A DNA stretch of 53,543 nucleotides, from IMG/VR virus record IMGVR_UViG_3300042888_002422, positions 1-53,543 of that record; one strand, given 5' to 3'. Origin of the DNA: a virus. Taxonomy: Duplodnaviria; Caudoviricetes. The notes under the pieces are model-generated. The model made no database searches and was not told the origin of the DNA. It saw nothing but the letters and a program-made list of their open reading frames with translations. Made by a program: the position numbers and the translations under genes. Below are positions 19,189 through 30,163 of this stretch, piece by piece; position 1 is the first letter of the stretch, and each line of letters opens with the position of its first letter.

Positions 19189-19662
19189 ATGAGTACATAT
19201 GTATTTAGTGATCCACATTTTGGACATGAAAAAATGGCTATAAGAAGAGGATTTAGTTCAGCAGAAGAAATGGATGAACTTATTGTTAAAAACTGGAATA
19301 ATACTATATCTAAAAGAGATGCTGTATATATTATGGGTGATATAACAATGGAAAAAAATAATTATACTATTCTTGGTAGATTACAAGGACTTATTAATGT
19401 TGTTCTTGGTAATCATGATCAAAAACAACATGTAAGAGAAATGTTAAAATATATACATAGTGTGGCAGGTATGGTAGATTATAAAAAAACTGTTATATTT
19501 ACACATTGTCCTATACATTCTAGTCAATTAGAATTTAGATATAAATATAATATACATGGTCATGTTCATGAAAATAGTCTTGATGATAAGAGATATATAA
19601 ATGTATGTGCAGAAGTAATAGATTACAAACCAAAATTAATAACAAGTTTAATAACATTATGA
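19189..19662 (+). CDS. Calcineurin-like metallophosphoesterase
   Basis: SDPHFGH, GD, GNHD, THCP, HGHVH motifs. Confidence 0.92.
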   Translation: MSTYVFSDPHFGHEKMAIRRGFSSAEEMDELIVKNWNNTISKRDAVYIMGDITMEKNNYTILGRLQGLINVVLGNHDQKQHVREMLKYIHSVAGMVDYKKTVIFTHCPIHSSQLEFRYKYNIHGHVHENSLDDKRYINVCAEVIDYKPKLITSLITL

Positions 19663-19997
19663 GTTTATTACAACAAACAAGAAAAGTAGTATTTAAACAA
19701 GATATAGGTGTTGTATCTTTTGTAAATTCTGAAGGAGAATCAAAACACGTATTATATATTAATAAACCAAAAAGTATTAAAAGAGAAGATTTTAAAGAAA
19801 TAATGGAATCAATGGAAATAAAATTTAAAAAATCAAAATAATGAAAAGATATTTAATATTTTATTATGTAGAAAAAAAAGATGATTGTGTAGATAGTGAA
19901 ATTATTATTGAAGCAGATGATATAGAAGAAGCAATAAAGTTCTTTAAATCAAGAATAAGAGTGGTAAAACGTATAACAACAATAACAGAATTGCCTT

Positions 19998-20420
19998 ATG
20001 GAGAATAAAAAAAGAGTTTATGTTATGGAAGATGGTTACTTAGTTCCAAAACAAGAACCTAAACAAGAATGTAAAGACTGTAACACTTCCTTAGAAGATT
20101 GTACTTGTATAGAAGATACTATTGATATGAAAGAAGAAACACTTGAAGAAGCATTATCTGAACATATAAAAGATATAAAATATCCTACTCTAATACAATG
20201 TGCTGAATTTGGTGCTAAATGGCAAAAAGAGAACTCCAATATCAATGCTTTAGAATTTGAAATAAAAGCACTAAAATCACTTATACAAGATATGGATGCT
20301 ACTATAAAATCTAAATATAGTGAGGAAGAAGTTTTAGACTTATTACAAAATTTTGCTAATGACTTATCTGATAATGTAATTAATATTAAATTTTGGTTTG
20401 AAAAATTTAAAAACAAATAA
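19998..20420 (+). CDS. Hypothetical protein, 'ETLEE-AKWQ-YSEEEV-WFEK' family copy 1
   Basis: Shares four motif blocks with the next gene. Confidence 0.75.
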   Translation: MENKKRVYVMEDGYLVPKQEPKQECKDCNTSLEDCTCIEDTIDMKEETLEEALSEHIKDIKYPTLIQCAEFGAKWQKENSNINALEFEIKALKSLIQDMDATIKSKYSEEEVLDLLQNFANDLSDNVINIKFWFEKFKNK

Positions 20421-20421
20421 G

Positions 20422-20685
20422 ATGAAAGAAACACTTGAAGAAGTTGCTAAAAGATTATATGGAGCATCTTATGAAGCCATAACTAGAGAACAAAGGATAA
20501 TGCGAACTTGTAAATTAGAAAGTTTTAGAGCTGGCGCTAAATGGCAACAAGAAAATAGTTATAGTGAGGAAGAAGTTTATGAATTATTTCAAAAATATAT
20601 TTCAACACAAATTCCTTTAGCAAGATTAAGAAAAATATTACATAGAGAATTTAAAGAATGGTTTGAAAAAAATAAAAAGAAATAA
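20422..20685 (+). CDS. Hypothetical protein, 'ETLEE-AKWQ-YSEEEV-WFEK' family copy 2
   Basis: Paralogous motif blocks; ATG at 20422. Confidence 0.75.
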   Translation: MKETLEEVAKRLYGASYEAITREQRIMRTCKLESFRAGAKWQQENSYSEEEVYELFQKYISTQIPLARLRKILHREFKEWFEKNKKK

Positions 20686-20686
20686 A

Positions 20687-20887
20687 ATGAACATAGCAAA
20701 TGAAATACTATGGGATATGTTTCAAAGGAGTAACTGTACTCAAACAGAGTTCTGTGTAAAACTAGGTTATAGAACGCACACTCCTAATATGTCTCAATGG
20801 CTCTCAGGAAACACAGACTTATCTTTAAACCTATTAAAGAAGTTTTGTGATACATTAAACTTTACATTAAAAATAGAATTGGTATGA
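20687..20887 (+). CDS. Cro/C1-type HTH protein
   Basis: TQTEFCVKLG...NMSQWLSG...LSLNLLKKFCDTL XRE pattern. Confidence 0.8.
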   Translation: MNIANEILWDMFQRSNCTQTEFCVKLGYRTHTPNMSQWLSGNTDLSLNLLKKFCDTLNFTLKIELV

Positions 20888-21347
20888 AATTAAAAGAAAA
20901 GTTTACAGAAATACTTTATAAACAATCACATGATGATTCTGAATGTTTAAGAATAAGATTTGAAAACATAGATAAAGTTGTTGATTCACAAAAAGATATA
21001 GCAGATGAATTTGCTACTGGTCTTTTAAAGTTTATTGAAGGAACTTATTCTTACAGTAATATATTTGACTATTGGTATTTGCACGCAGATACATCTAAGA
21101 CCTATACCAAAAAACAATTATTAGAAATTTATAAAAAACAAAAAGGATTATGAAAATAAATTGGTGTAAAATATTAGGGCATAAATGGATTCCTGTTTAT
21201 ATAATTGGAACTTTTAGTAAAACAAAAGTAAAATTTATTGGAGCTGAATGCAAAAGATGTAAATTTGGTGATGATGATTTAACAAAAACTATATATTTAA
21301 TGGATAGAATCCATGTAAGTTCTTATTCAGAAAAACATTATAAATAA
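20884..21347 (+). CDS. Two small hypothetical proteins (20884-21153, 21150-21347)
   Basis: Overlapping ATGA junctions; the second has a C..GH.W...CxxC zinc motif. Confidence 0.65.
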
Positions 21348-21353
21348 AAAATT

Positions 21354-21614
21354 ATGAAAAAAGTATTATTAGTATTAGGAGTATTTGTTATGTTATCATG
21401 TAGCAAATCAAAAGTAGATGAACCTATTGTAGATTGTAACTGTGATAAAGTGGTACAAAAAACAACATTTAATGTTGTTGGAACTGTACAAAATCCTGCA
21501 ATAACATTTCATACTGTTTACACTACAATAAATGAATGTACTAAAATTCAAAAAAGTAAAACGCACAATACAACAAACTCAAGTTTAATTCCTGCAATAG
21601 GACAATGTAGATAA
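21354..21614 (+). CDS. Putative lipoprotein
   Basis: MKKVLLVLGVFVMLSC lipobox followed by SKSK. Confidence 0.75.
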   Translation: MKKVLLVLGVFVMLSCSKSKVDEPIVDCNCDKVVQKTTFNVVGTVQNPAITFHTVYTTINECTKIQKSKTHNTTNSSLIPAIGQCR

Positions 21615-21618
21615 AATT

Positions 21619-21996
21619 ATGAAAAAAATATTAATATTTAGCTTATTACTATTTAGTGCATCAATGTTTTCACAAGAAACATTTGTTAAGAAATACACAT
21701 CTTTTATAACTAAAGACAAAGGTATATTAACACCATGGGAAAAGATAGATGTTACAGTGGTGTTTAACCCTAATCATGTAAGAGATGTTGTTTTTTATTA
21801 TATTAGTGGTAAAACAATGACTTTTCATCAAACTAGTAGTGTTAAAGAAGGTAAAACATCTAGTGGTGATGGTTATCAAGCTTTTGATTGTATTGATCAA
21901 GATGGTATATATGTAAGATTACAATTATTTGATGATAATACATGTCTTAGAATTCTTATTTCTGAAGGATATATGGTAGAATTTCATAATGATTAA
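21619..21996 (+). CDS. Putative secreted/periplasmic protein
   Basis: MKKILIFSLLLFSASMFS-Q: type I signal peptide followed by Gln, typical of Bacteroidota. Confidence 0.7.
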   Translation: MKKILIFSLLLFSASMFSQETFVKKYTSFITKDKGILTPWEKIDVTVVFNPNHVRDVVFYYISGKTMTFHQTSSVKEGKTSSGDGYQAFDCIDQDGIYVRLQLFDDNTCLRILISEGYMVEFHND

Positions 21997-21998
21997 TT

Positions 21999-23984
21999 AT
22001 GCTAGCAATAGGAGATAAAGTAATTTGTATTGATAGCTCAATGGCCCATCATATTGTAGCTGAATTAAAAAAAGATATGCCTAATTGGGTAGTAAAAGGT
22101 AAAGAATATATTATTAGAGATATTGTTGATTCTGATTTTGTTGTTGGAATTAGATTGGAGGAAATATCAAATCCTCCAAGATGGTTTCAATTAGTAAAAA
22201 AATATATGGAACCTTGTTTTATGATTTCACGTTTTAGAAAACTTGAAGAAACAAGTATAGAAATTAGTATTGAACAAAAAGAATTAATAACATTATGACA
22301 ACAATTTATTTTCAACCATCAAATATTAATCCACAATATTGTGAAATTGGTATGATTTCAAAAACAGATCCAGAATACATTTGGTATTTAGATGAACCTT
22401 TTAAAATATTAATTAGTGAAGTTAAAATTATAAATAAAGAAAATGTAATTTATAATAAAAAAAGTAGATTATATATAGTAAAAAATTAATAATATTATGA
22501 GCGAAAAAGCAAGTTTATTTAAAGCATCATTTGAGTTTACTCAAGATGGTAATACAGATGGTACAACAGATACATATGAAGATTTAACAATTGAATGTGA
22601 AAGTATAGATTCTACAGGTTGTTATTATGTTCTTAAAACTAATTCTGGATGGAGTATTAATGATATTGATGAATTAAAAGAATTAATAGATAAAGTTAAT
22701 AAAATTATAGAATTATGAGTAATCCAAAAGAAAAAGCTAAAGAATTAGTTGGAAAATATGTTAAGTTTAAATTAAATGGATTGTTTAAATTTTTTGGACT
22801 TGAACTATCTAAACAGTGTGCAATAATAGCAGTTGATGAAATTATAAAAGCATTAATGTATCCTCCACAATTAAATGAATATAGACAAGTAATTCATATT
22901 AAAGTTTTACAATATTGGAAAGAAGTTAAAAAAGAAATAGAACTATTATGAGTAAATTAAGCCCAAAACAAGAAGCACAAATTTGTCACACAATTGTTGT
23001 ATTAATATCTTTATTAGGAGACTATACAGATGAGTTAATACCAAATACACCTACAGCATTAAATATAAAAGAAAAGGCTTTAGAACTTATGCCATTGTGT
23101 GATGCTTTACTTTCTGCTGTATATGATGTTCCGGAAATAAAATCAGGAACATATTTGCATGAAATTTCAAACAAAATAGACACAATAATTAGAAAAAACT
23201 TTCAACAAATAATATAATGGGAAAATTTAGAATAAAACAAACTGATGATTATAGATTTAAACCTCAGTATAAATCATCATTTTTTAGCAATTGGTATAGT
23301 ATAGATGTAAGTGATTACACATACTTATGGGCTACTGATAGTAGTTCTTCTACTGTTAACACTTTAGAAGGAGCTAAAATTGTTATTGAAAATTTTAAAG
23401 AATTAAAAAAAAGTAAAATTGTATATCCTATATATCACAAAATATGAAAATAATATATATGCAAAGAACTATAAATATTCTTAGTGAAGAAAAGTGGTTA
23501 GAAATTAAAGATGCTGGACAAGTAAAACATTATAATGAAGAACCTTATTTAATTATAGAAAAAGATGTATAGTTATGAAGCGGAATTAGTTTTAAGAAGT
23601 TATCTGCCAGAAGAATTAGAAAAAGGAATGCTATTCGCTAATCTTATAAATGGTGTTATAATTCTTTGGGAATTACAAAATATTCCTGAAAATAAAGATA
23701 AGTTCATGGTAGAGCATGGTGCTCCTATGGAATTATATATTATTGATCAAAATGGTAGTATAATAGCTGAACCTAATGAAATAGGTTGGTTTGATGAAGG
23801 AGAAGATTGTGATGAATTAAGAGATGTCTCTCTTGAAGATATTAATACAATTGTAAGAGATTATAATGGCTGGTTAGAAATAGAAATTTATGAAGATTTT
23901 TATGATGAAGATGGTTCAATAATACCAAATTTTGCAGGCCAAAAAGTTATAATTAAATTTTTAACAGAGGATGAAGAAGAGTAA
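21999..23984 (+). CDS. Run of small hypothetical proteins (21999-22298, 22295-22489, 22497-22718, 22715-22951, 22948-23217, 23217-23447, 23565-23984)
   Basis: Tightly packed same-strand ORFs with overlapping stops/starts. Confidence 0.7.
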
Positions 23985-24028
23985 CAAAAAATATTATATC
24001 TTTAACACCCAAAATAATTAAATAAATT

Positions 24029-26047
24029 ATGAATTATATAGTATGTAAAGATAAAACACCATTTGAAGCTATTGGAGAATATAATTATTGTACACTAGAA
24101 GATATGATTCTTAAAGAAACAATAGCTTGTGACTCAGAAACCACTGGCCTTCAACCAAGACATTGTGATATGTTTTGTTTTCAAATAGGAACAGGAAAAA
24201 ATAATTATATAATTGTTATGTATAATGACAATTATGAGTTTGCTGATCTTGTTCCATATATAAAAGATAAAACAATGATATTTCATAATGCTTTGTTTGA
24301 TGTAGGATTTTGTTATAAGTATGGATTTTATCCTACAAAAATTAGAGATACAATGTTAGCTAGTAAAATATTGTATAATGGCCAAGTAGATGAAAGATAT
24401 CTACCTATAAGACATGATTTTGGTTCTGTAATGAAAAGAGAACTAAATGTTATATATGACAAAACAGATCAAAAAAATATTCATATAGTAAAACTAAGTC
24501 AAACAAGCACAATTGAATATTCATTTAATGATGTTGATAGACTTATTGAGCTACATGATGCTTTATTAGTTAAAATTAATAAAGGTGGTTATAGAGAAAC
24601 TTATGACCTACATTGTAGGTACATTAGAGCTCTTGCTTATATGGAAGCATGTGGTCTTCCTATTAGTTCTGAAAATTGGAAAGCTAAAATGATTATAGAT
24701 GTAGAAAATACAATTAAATGGAAAGAAATCATTGAAGAATACATTTATGATCATCTTAAACAATTTGCAAATAGACAAATTGATATGTTTGATACAAAGA
24801 AAAGAATACTTGTATCTATAGGTTCTCCTAAACAAATGATTAATGTGTTTAATGCACTTGGTATTGAAACAAAAGATAAAGATGGTAAAGATAGTATTGG
24901 TGAAAATATAATTAGCAAATCTAAACATGAGTTTGTTGAAAAATGGTTAAATTTTCAAAGTGCTAATCATAGAGTGAGTACATTTGGTGATAGTATATAT
25001 AAACAAATTGAAAATGAACGTATATATACTAATTTTAATCCAATGGTAGATACTGCCAGATTATCAACTAGAAAAGGAAATATAAATTTCTTAAACTTTC
25101 CTTCTGATAGTATTACTAGAAAGTGTTTTAAAGCTAATGAAGGTAATGTAATGATTGTTTGTGATTATAGTGGACAAGAAACTGTTGTTGCTGCAGATTT
25201 ATCAGGAGATGCAGCAATGACTGCTTCTGTAGTTAATGGAGATGATTTACATTGTGCTTTTGCTAGAATATTGTTTCCAGAGTTAAAAAATTTAGATGAT
25301 GAAACAATTATAAAAAATCATAAAGCTAAAAGACAAGCAGCAAAAAGTCCAAGATTTGCATTTCAATATGGTGGTTCTGCTTATACTATTCATCAAAATG
25401 AAGGAATACCTTTAGCTGAAGCATATAAAATAGAAGAAGCATTTAAGGAATTACATGAAGGATTGTATACTTGGGGTGATAAAATATTTACTCAATCTAT
25501 TAAACAAGGATTTATTGAATCAGCAGATGGTTGGAAGTTAGCTCTTCCTAAATTTGATAAATTCAAAGAATATAAAGAGAAAGTAGAATCTTTATCAAAA
25601 GAACAATGGACATTGTATAAACAAGGTAAACTAGATTATAAAAAGAAACTTGATCAAAAAGAAAAAAAAATAGAATATACTTACATTTATCCTAAAGCTG
25701 TAACTTTTTATAAATCAAAAAAAACAGAAGTCTCTCAATTCTTTAAACTTAAATCTGAATACCAACGTTTATGCTTAAACAACCCTGTTCAAGCTCGTTC
25801 AGCACACCAATTGAAGTTAGCTACTAGTATATTATTTGATTGGATTGTAGCAAATAATTATCTTGGTAAAATAAAGATAGTTAATACAGTGCATGATGAA
25901 ATAGTAGTAGAATGTATTGAAGAATTAAAAGACATTACTAAACAAGCTGTAGAAGATTCTATGCTTGAAGGAGGAAATTATTATTTAACTAATTTAAAAA
26001 TTAAAGCTGATGCTAACTATGGAAATAGTTGGGGAGAAGCTAAATAA
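24029..26047 (+). CDS. polA: DNA polymerase family A with 3'-5' exonuclease
   Basis: ExoI DSETTG, ExoII HNALFD, ExoIII YSFND; motif A DYSGQE, motif B RQAAKSPRFAFQYG, motif C VHDE. Confidence 0.95.
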   Translation: MNYIVCKDKTPFEAIGEYNYCTLEDMILKETIACDSETTGLQPRHCDMFCFQIGTGKNNYIIVMYNDNYEFADLVPYIKDKTMIFHNALFDVGFCYKYGFYPTKIRDTMLASKILYNGQVDERYLPIRHDFGSVMKRELNVIYDKTDQKNIHIVKLSQTSTIEYSFNDVDRLIELHDALLVKINKGGYRETYDLHCRYIRALAYMEACGLPISSENWKAKMIIDVENTIKWKEIIEEYIYDHLKQFANRQIDMFDTKKRILVSIGSPKQMINVFNALGIETKDKDGKDSIGENIISKSKHEFVEKWLNFQSANHRVSTFGDSIYKQIENERIYTNFNPMVDTARLSTRKGNINFLNFPSDSITRKCFKANEGNVMIVCDYSGQETVVAADLSGDAAMTASVVNGDDLHCAFARILFPELKNLDDETIIKNHKAKRQAAKSPRFAFQYGGSAYTIHQNEGIPLAEAYKIEEAFKELHEGLYTWGDKIFTQSIKQGFIESADGWKLALPKFDKFKEYKEKVESLSKEQWTLYKQGKLDYKKKLDQKEKKIEYTYIYPKAVTFYKSKKTEVSQFFKLKSEYQRLCLNNPVQARSAHQLKLATSILFDWIVANNYLGKIKIVNTVHDEIVVECIEELKDITKQAVEDSMLEGGNYYLTNLKIKADANYGNSWGEAK

Positions 26048-26051
26048 AATT

Positions 26052-26998
26052 ATGGAAAAACTAACAAGAGAAAACTTAGCAAGTCACCTTGTTGACTATG
26101 AACTTAATATGGTTGGTAAAACTAGATTAGAAGCTATAGATGATGATAGATGGTATTTTAATTTTACTATGACTAGAGAACAAGCTGATGCTTTTAAACT
26201 TTATGCTGTAAAATTAATTAGAAAAATTTATAAATGTAATAAACTTAGAGGTGAAAAATGGTATGATGAATTTGATATGATATATGGATTAAGAGTTAAA
26301 GGATGAATTTACAAACATCTATTTATCAGCATGTAATACATCCTAAATACATTAGAGTTTATTTACTTATAGAGGAACTTTCAAAAGTTTCTAGGCCTGC
26401 TACAAATTTAGCACACAGAAAAGACATTGTTAATTTACTTGCTGATATAATAGCAATAAAAGACAAATATAGTATTGAACATAAAGAAGATTTTAAATTA
26501 TTAACTAAATACACAGTATAATGGCAGATATAAGTATGTGTAAGGATATAGATTGTCCTTCAAAAACAATTTGTTATAGATTTACAGCCCCAACTACATC
26601 TAATTATCAATCTTATGGTGGAATGCATAGAGATGAAGATGCTGTTAATTGTGATATGTTTTGGCCTAATGGTCTTGGGTCACAAAAATGTAAAAAAAAT
26701 GGTGTTAAACGTGAAGGAGAAGGCTGTAATTTAGGGAATTGTTCATATCCTAATTGTATAGAAAATGAATGATAATATAAATTTTGATTGGGAATATGAA
26801 GCAAAAAGAGATTATATCTTTATACTTGAAAGAGAAAAAGATATGGAAGAATCTTATCAAAAATGGGTAGAAAAAAACAATAGAAAACCAGCTAAAATTA
26901 TATTTAATGAAAATCATATTAGAAAATCATCATTTCGTAGAACTTTTAAAAAGATCTTACAGTTTAGATCACATTTATCTACTAAAACTAGTTCATGA
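26052..26998 (+). CDS. Small hypothetical proteins (26052-26306, 26303-26521, 26521-26772 Cys-rich, 26765-26998)
   Basis: Packed ORFs. Confidence 0.65.
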
Positions 26999-27527
26999 AG
27001 GGTATGATATAGAAGAAATGAGTATTGAAAGTATGAAAATTGCTGGATTACAACAAGGACTAATAAGAAAAGGGCTCATTACTGAAAAAGGTATTACTTC
27101 TATTGGTACTGAACTTTTATTATTTCTTGAAACTAAAGGAGATAAGAAAATACCAAAGAAAAAAGTTAATACAACTGAATTTGATTTATGGTATAAAACA
27201 TTCCCAGGAACAGATACTTTTACTCATAAAGGTGTTTCCTTTACAGGAAGTAGAACTCTACGTAACAGTAGAGATGATTGTAGGCTTAAATTTGATAAAA
27301 TTCTCCTTGAAGGTGAATATACATCAGAACAATTAATTGAAGCTTTAAACTTCGATGTATTACAAAAGAAAGAAGCGTCATTTAAAGAAAAAACTAATAA
27401 ACTTAAATATATGCAAAATTCTTTGACATATTTAAACCAAAGAAGTTATGAGCCTTTTATAGAATTAATACAAGAAGGTGTAAAAATTATAGAAACTAAA
27501 TTAGTAGTTAATGGAACCGATATATAA
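26907..27527 (+). CDS. Replication initiator/replisome-organizer-like protein
   Basis: N-terminal wHTH-like part; FDLWYKTFP...YMQNSLTYLNQR pattern resembling phage initiator C-termini. Confidence 0.5.
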   Translation: MKIILENHHFVELLKRSYSLDHIYLLKLVHEGYDIEEMSIESMKIAGLQQGLIRKGLITEKGITSIGTELLLFLETKGDKKIPKKKVNTTEFDLWYKTFPGTDTFTHKGVSFTGSRTLRNSRDDCRLKFDKILLEGEYTSEQLIEALNFDVLQKKEASFKEKTNKLKYMQNSLTYLNQRSYEPFIELIQEGVKIIETKLVVNGTDI

Positions 27528-27744
27528 ATTTAATAATGCTATGGGAGCCATGCTTTGTAATGGCTGTAGAACAATAATATCTACAGGCAAAAAAACTAAA
27601 GAATTATTTTGTAATAAATGTAAAAAAGAATGTGAAACTGAACTTTGTACAGCTTGTCAAATTTATGCAGCTCAAAAAGGTTCAAGGCATTGTTCTTCTT
27701 GTGGACCACTAATTAAACACTTTATTAAAAGTATGGTATTATAA
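27511..27744 (+). CDS. Zinc-finger protein (four CxxC pairs)
   Basis: CNGC, CNKC, CTAC, CSSC. Confidence 0.65.
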   Translation: MEPIYKFNNAMGAMLCNGCRTIISTGKKTKELFCNKCKKECETELCTACQIYAAQKGSRHCSSCGPLIKHFIKSMVL

Positions 27745-27801
27745 TAACAACAGGAAAAAAAACAAAAGAAATATTGTGTAACAAATGTAAAGAAGAAAAA
27801 A

Positions 27802-28590
27802 ATGAAACAAATCAGAAAAGTATTAGAAAAAATTTATGAAAATGAAGAGCTTAGGCAAACATGTATTCCATTGTTTTTAAGTTCACCAGGAATGGGAAAA
27901 ACTGCAATAATTAAGCAATTTGCTCGAGAAAAAGGCGTAAATTGCGTAGATATTATTGCTAGTCAATTAATGCCTCATGAAATTAGTGGTATGGCTATGC
28001 CTGACAAAGTGAATAAACAAATGGAATATTTTGATTACAATATGTTCTATAATTTAAAAGATGGAGATATTGTATTCTTTGATGAATTATTAAATGCAAA
28101 TCCAATGGTGTTAAACGCTTGTTTAACTATATTAGAAAACAGAACTTTAATTAGTGGTAGAGTGCTACCAAAAGTGATGTTTGTTGCTGCAGCTAATCCT
28201 CAAGGAGCTACAATTCTTACACCACAAATTAAAGAAAGATTTATTTGGTATAATTTATCTTTTGATAAAATTTCTTGGAAAGAATACATGGCTAAATATC
28301 AAATTACTGATAGTATGTTTGAACCATTATTTAAATTAGTGAGTAATGAATCTTTTTTAAGTTCAGATAAAAATTATTGTACACCAAGAAGTATTGATAA
28401 AGCAATCAATATGATAATTAATGATGTACCAACACCCTATGACTCTAAATTAAAAGATGTATTAAATACATTAATACCTAATAGTTCAGGTCATGATATT
28501 CCAATTGGAGAGTATATATTTAAAGCAGACGAAACAATATCTTGGATTAAATTACAAAAAATTATGAAAAATGCAACAACTAAAGAGTGA
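27802..28590 (+). CDS. MoxR/dynein-related AAA+ ATPase
   Basis: Walker A SSPGMGKT, Walker B VFFDELL, sensor AAANP, R-finger ERF, TPRS. Confidence 0.88.
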   Translation: MKQIRKVLEKIYENEELRQTCIPLFLSSPGMGKTAIIKQFAREKGVNCVDIIASQLMPHEISGMAMPDKVNKQMEYFDYNMFYNLKDGDIVFFDELLNANPMVLNACLTILENRTLISGRVLPKVMFVAAANPQGATILTPQIKERFIWYNLSFDKISWKEYMAKYQITDSMFEPLFKLVSNESFLSSDKNYCTPRSIDKAINMIINDVPTPYDSKLKDVLNTLIPNSSGHDIPIGEYIFKADETISWIKLQKIMKNATTKE

Positions 28591-29560
28591 GAAATTGATT
28601 ATTCCTTTAATCTATTTGATTGAAGATGAAAAAGAATTAAGAGAAATTCCAATGGGTATTCCTTTCATTAGAGGAAACAAAGAAGATTATGCTAAATATG
28701 TAAAATTATTAGAATTTCAAATTCTATTAAAATCAGCACAAGCATCCGGTCTTCCATTTTTATGGGAAAAAGTATTACAAGACAATGGTTATGGAAATGA
28801 TTACATTAAAGCTTTTGCACAAAGTTCATTTGTATTAACTGAAAAAGGAGAAAGTCTTGGAGAATATGCACAAAGTTCTGTAGTTGATTATTTAGTTGAT
28901 ATTTCTTATCAAGTAGATATAGAAGTATTAAAAGAACTTAGTATAATTCCTACGTGGTTTAGTGATATTGAAACTGCTATTAAAGAAAACATTCTTAATA
29001 GTATTACGTACAATCCTAATTTATATAATAAAAAATTAGATTTAGTAGCAGGAGGAATAGATTTATCTACACCTGATAAAAATCTAATTATAATTGATAT
29101 TTCAGGGTCAATACCAAAATCTATATCTGAGGCTATTCTTTTACTTAGTAAAACTATGGCTACTCAATTTTATGCTGATTTACTTATTACAGGGTCTAAA
29201 AGTACATTGTATGATTATACAGAAATGGACAAAATAGATGTTAAAAAAGTTTATCAAGAAAATGGTACAGATAATGATCAAACTCATTTTAAAAAATTAT
29301 TAATAGAGCACAATAAGTATAACACTGTTATTTCTTTTGGAGATAATCATAGTCCTTGTATGGCTTGGAGTAATGGTTATAATCATAAAAATGATCATAT
29401 AACCAAAGAGGAAGGTAAAAAATTGAATAAATGGGAAGTAAAAAGTATATATTCATTTCATACTACATCAGAAAGTATTCTTACAGGATATTGTGATTGG
29501 TTTGATGTTCCCGAAGACAAAATTACATATATGAAAAACTGGGTAAAGTACCTAGACTAA
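28571..29560 (+). CDS. von Willebrand factor A (MIDAS) domain protein
   Basis: LIIIDISGSI (DxSxS), NGTD, VISFGD; overlaps the AAA gene. Confidence 0.75.
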   Translation: MQQLKSEKLIIPLIYLIEDEKELREIPMGIPFIRGNKEDYAKYVKLLEFQILLKSAQASGLPFLWEKVLQDNGYGNDYIKAFAQSSFVLTEKGESLGEYAQSSVVDYLVDISYQVDIEVLKELSIIPTWFSDIETAIKENILNSITYNPNLYNKKLDLVAGGIDLSTPDKNLIIIDISGSIPKSISEAILLLSKTMATQFYADLLITGSKSTLYDYTEMDKIDVKKVYQENGTDNDQTHFKKLLIEHNKYNTVISFGDNHSPCMAWSNGYNHKNDHITKEEGKKLNKWEVKSIYSFHTTSESILTGYCDWFDVPEDKITYMKNWVKYLD

Positions 29561-29599
29561 TTAACAACAACAATAATAATAATTAAAAACAAAAACAAA

Positions 29600-30088
29600 A
29601 TGAAATTTTTAAAAAACAATGAATTAGCAGTAGTAAATGGTGGTTATTTAGTAGCAAAAGGTACAGATACTCCTGTATTTCACCAAGAATTTGTAAACTT
29701 ACAAAAAGAAGCTCATTATTTAGTTAGTTTAGCTGATACAGTAAGAGCTACAGATTTTGAAGTAAAAGAAGCAATTACATTTGACCAAGTTGTTAGACAA
29801 GTAACAGTAAAATTAAATGATGAAAAAAGAATTTATGTAGATGCTGCTAAACCTGTTGCTACACCTACATTAGATAAATTACAAAAAGAAGCATTAGCTT
29901 GGTTAGGTAATAAAGCAGATGAAGGTAAAACAGAAAAATTAAACAGAATTTTACAAAAATTCAATGTTATAGCTGAATTTGAAGAATTTGGTTTATATTT
30001 TGGAGAAGGAATTGTTAAATTGCAAACTTTATATTCTTTAGAAGATATTGTTAATGCTGTTACAACTCTTGAACCTCATTTAGACTAG
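29600..30088 (+). CDS. Hypothetical protein
   Basis: 162 aa with strongly biased codons; followed by a terminator. Confidence 0.8.
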   Translation: MKFLKNNELAVVNGGYLVAKGTDTPVFHQEFVNLQKEAHYLVSLADTVRATDFEVKEAITFDQVVRQVTVKLNDEKRIYVDAAKPVATPTLDKLQKEALAWLGNKADEGKTEKLNRILQKFNVIAEFEEFGLYFGEGIVKLQTLYSLEDIVNAVTTLEPHLD

Positions 30089-30110
30089 TATAATTAACAA
30101 ATATTACAAT

Positions 30111-30140
30111 AGGACAGCTATTAACTTAGCTGTCTTTTTT
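30111..30140 (+). terminator. Rho-independent terminator
   Basis: AGGACAGCTA-TTAACT-TAGCTGTCTT-TTTT. Confidence 0.75.
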
Positions 30141-30163
30141 ATTAAACTTAGAACACATAAAAA

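Noticed and set aside
19998-20685. Diversity-generating retroelement template/variable repeat pair
   Set aside because: No reverse transcriptase in the window, and differences are block-wise rather than adenine-specific
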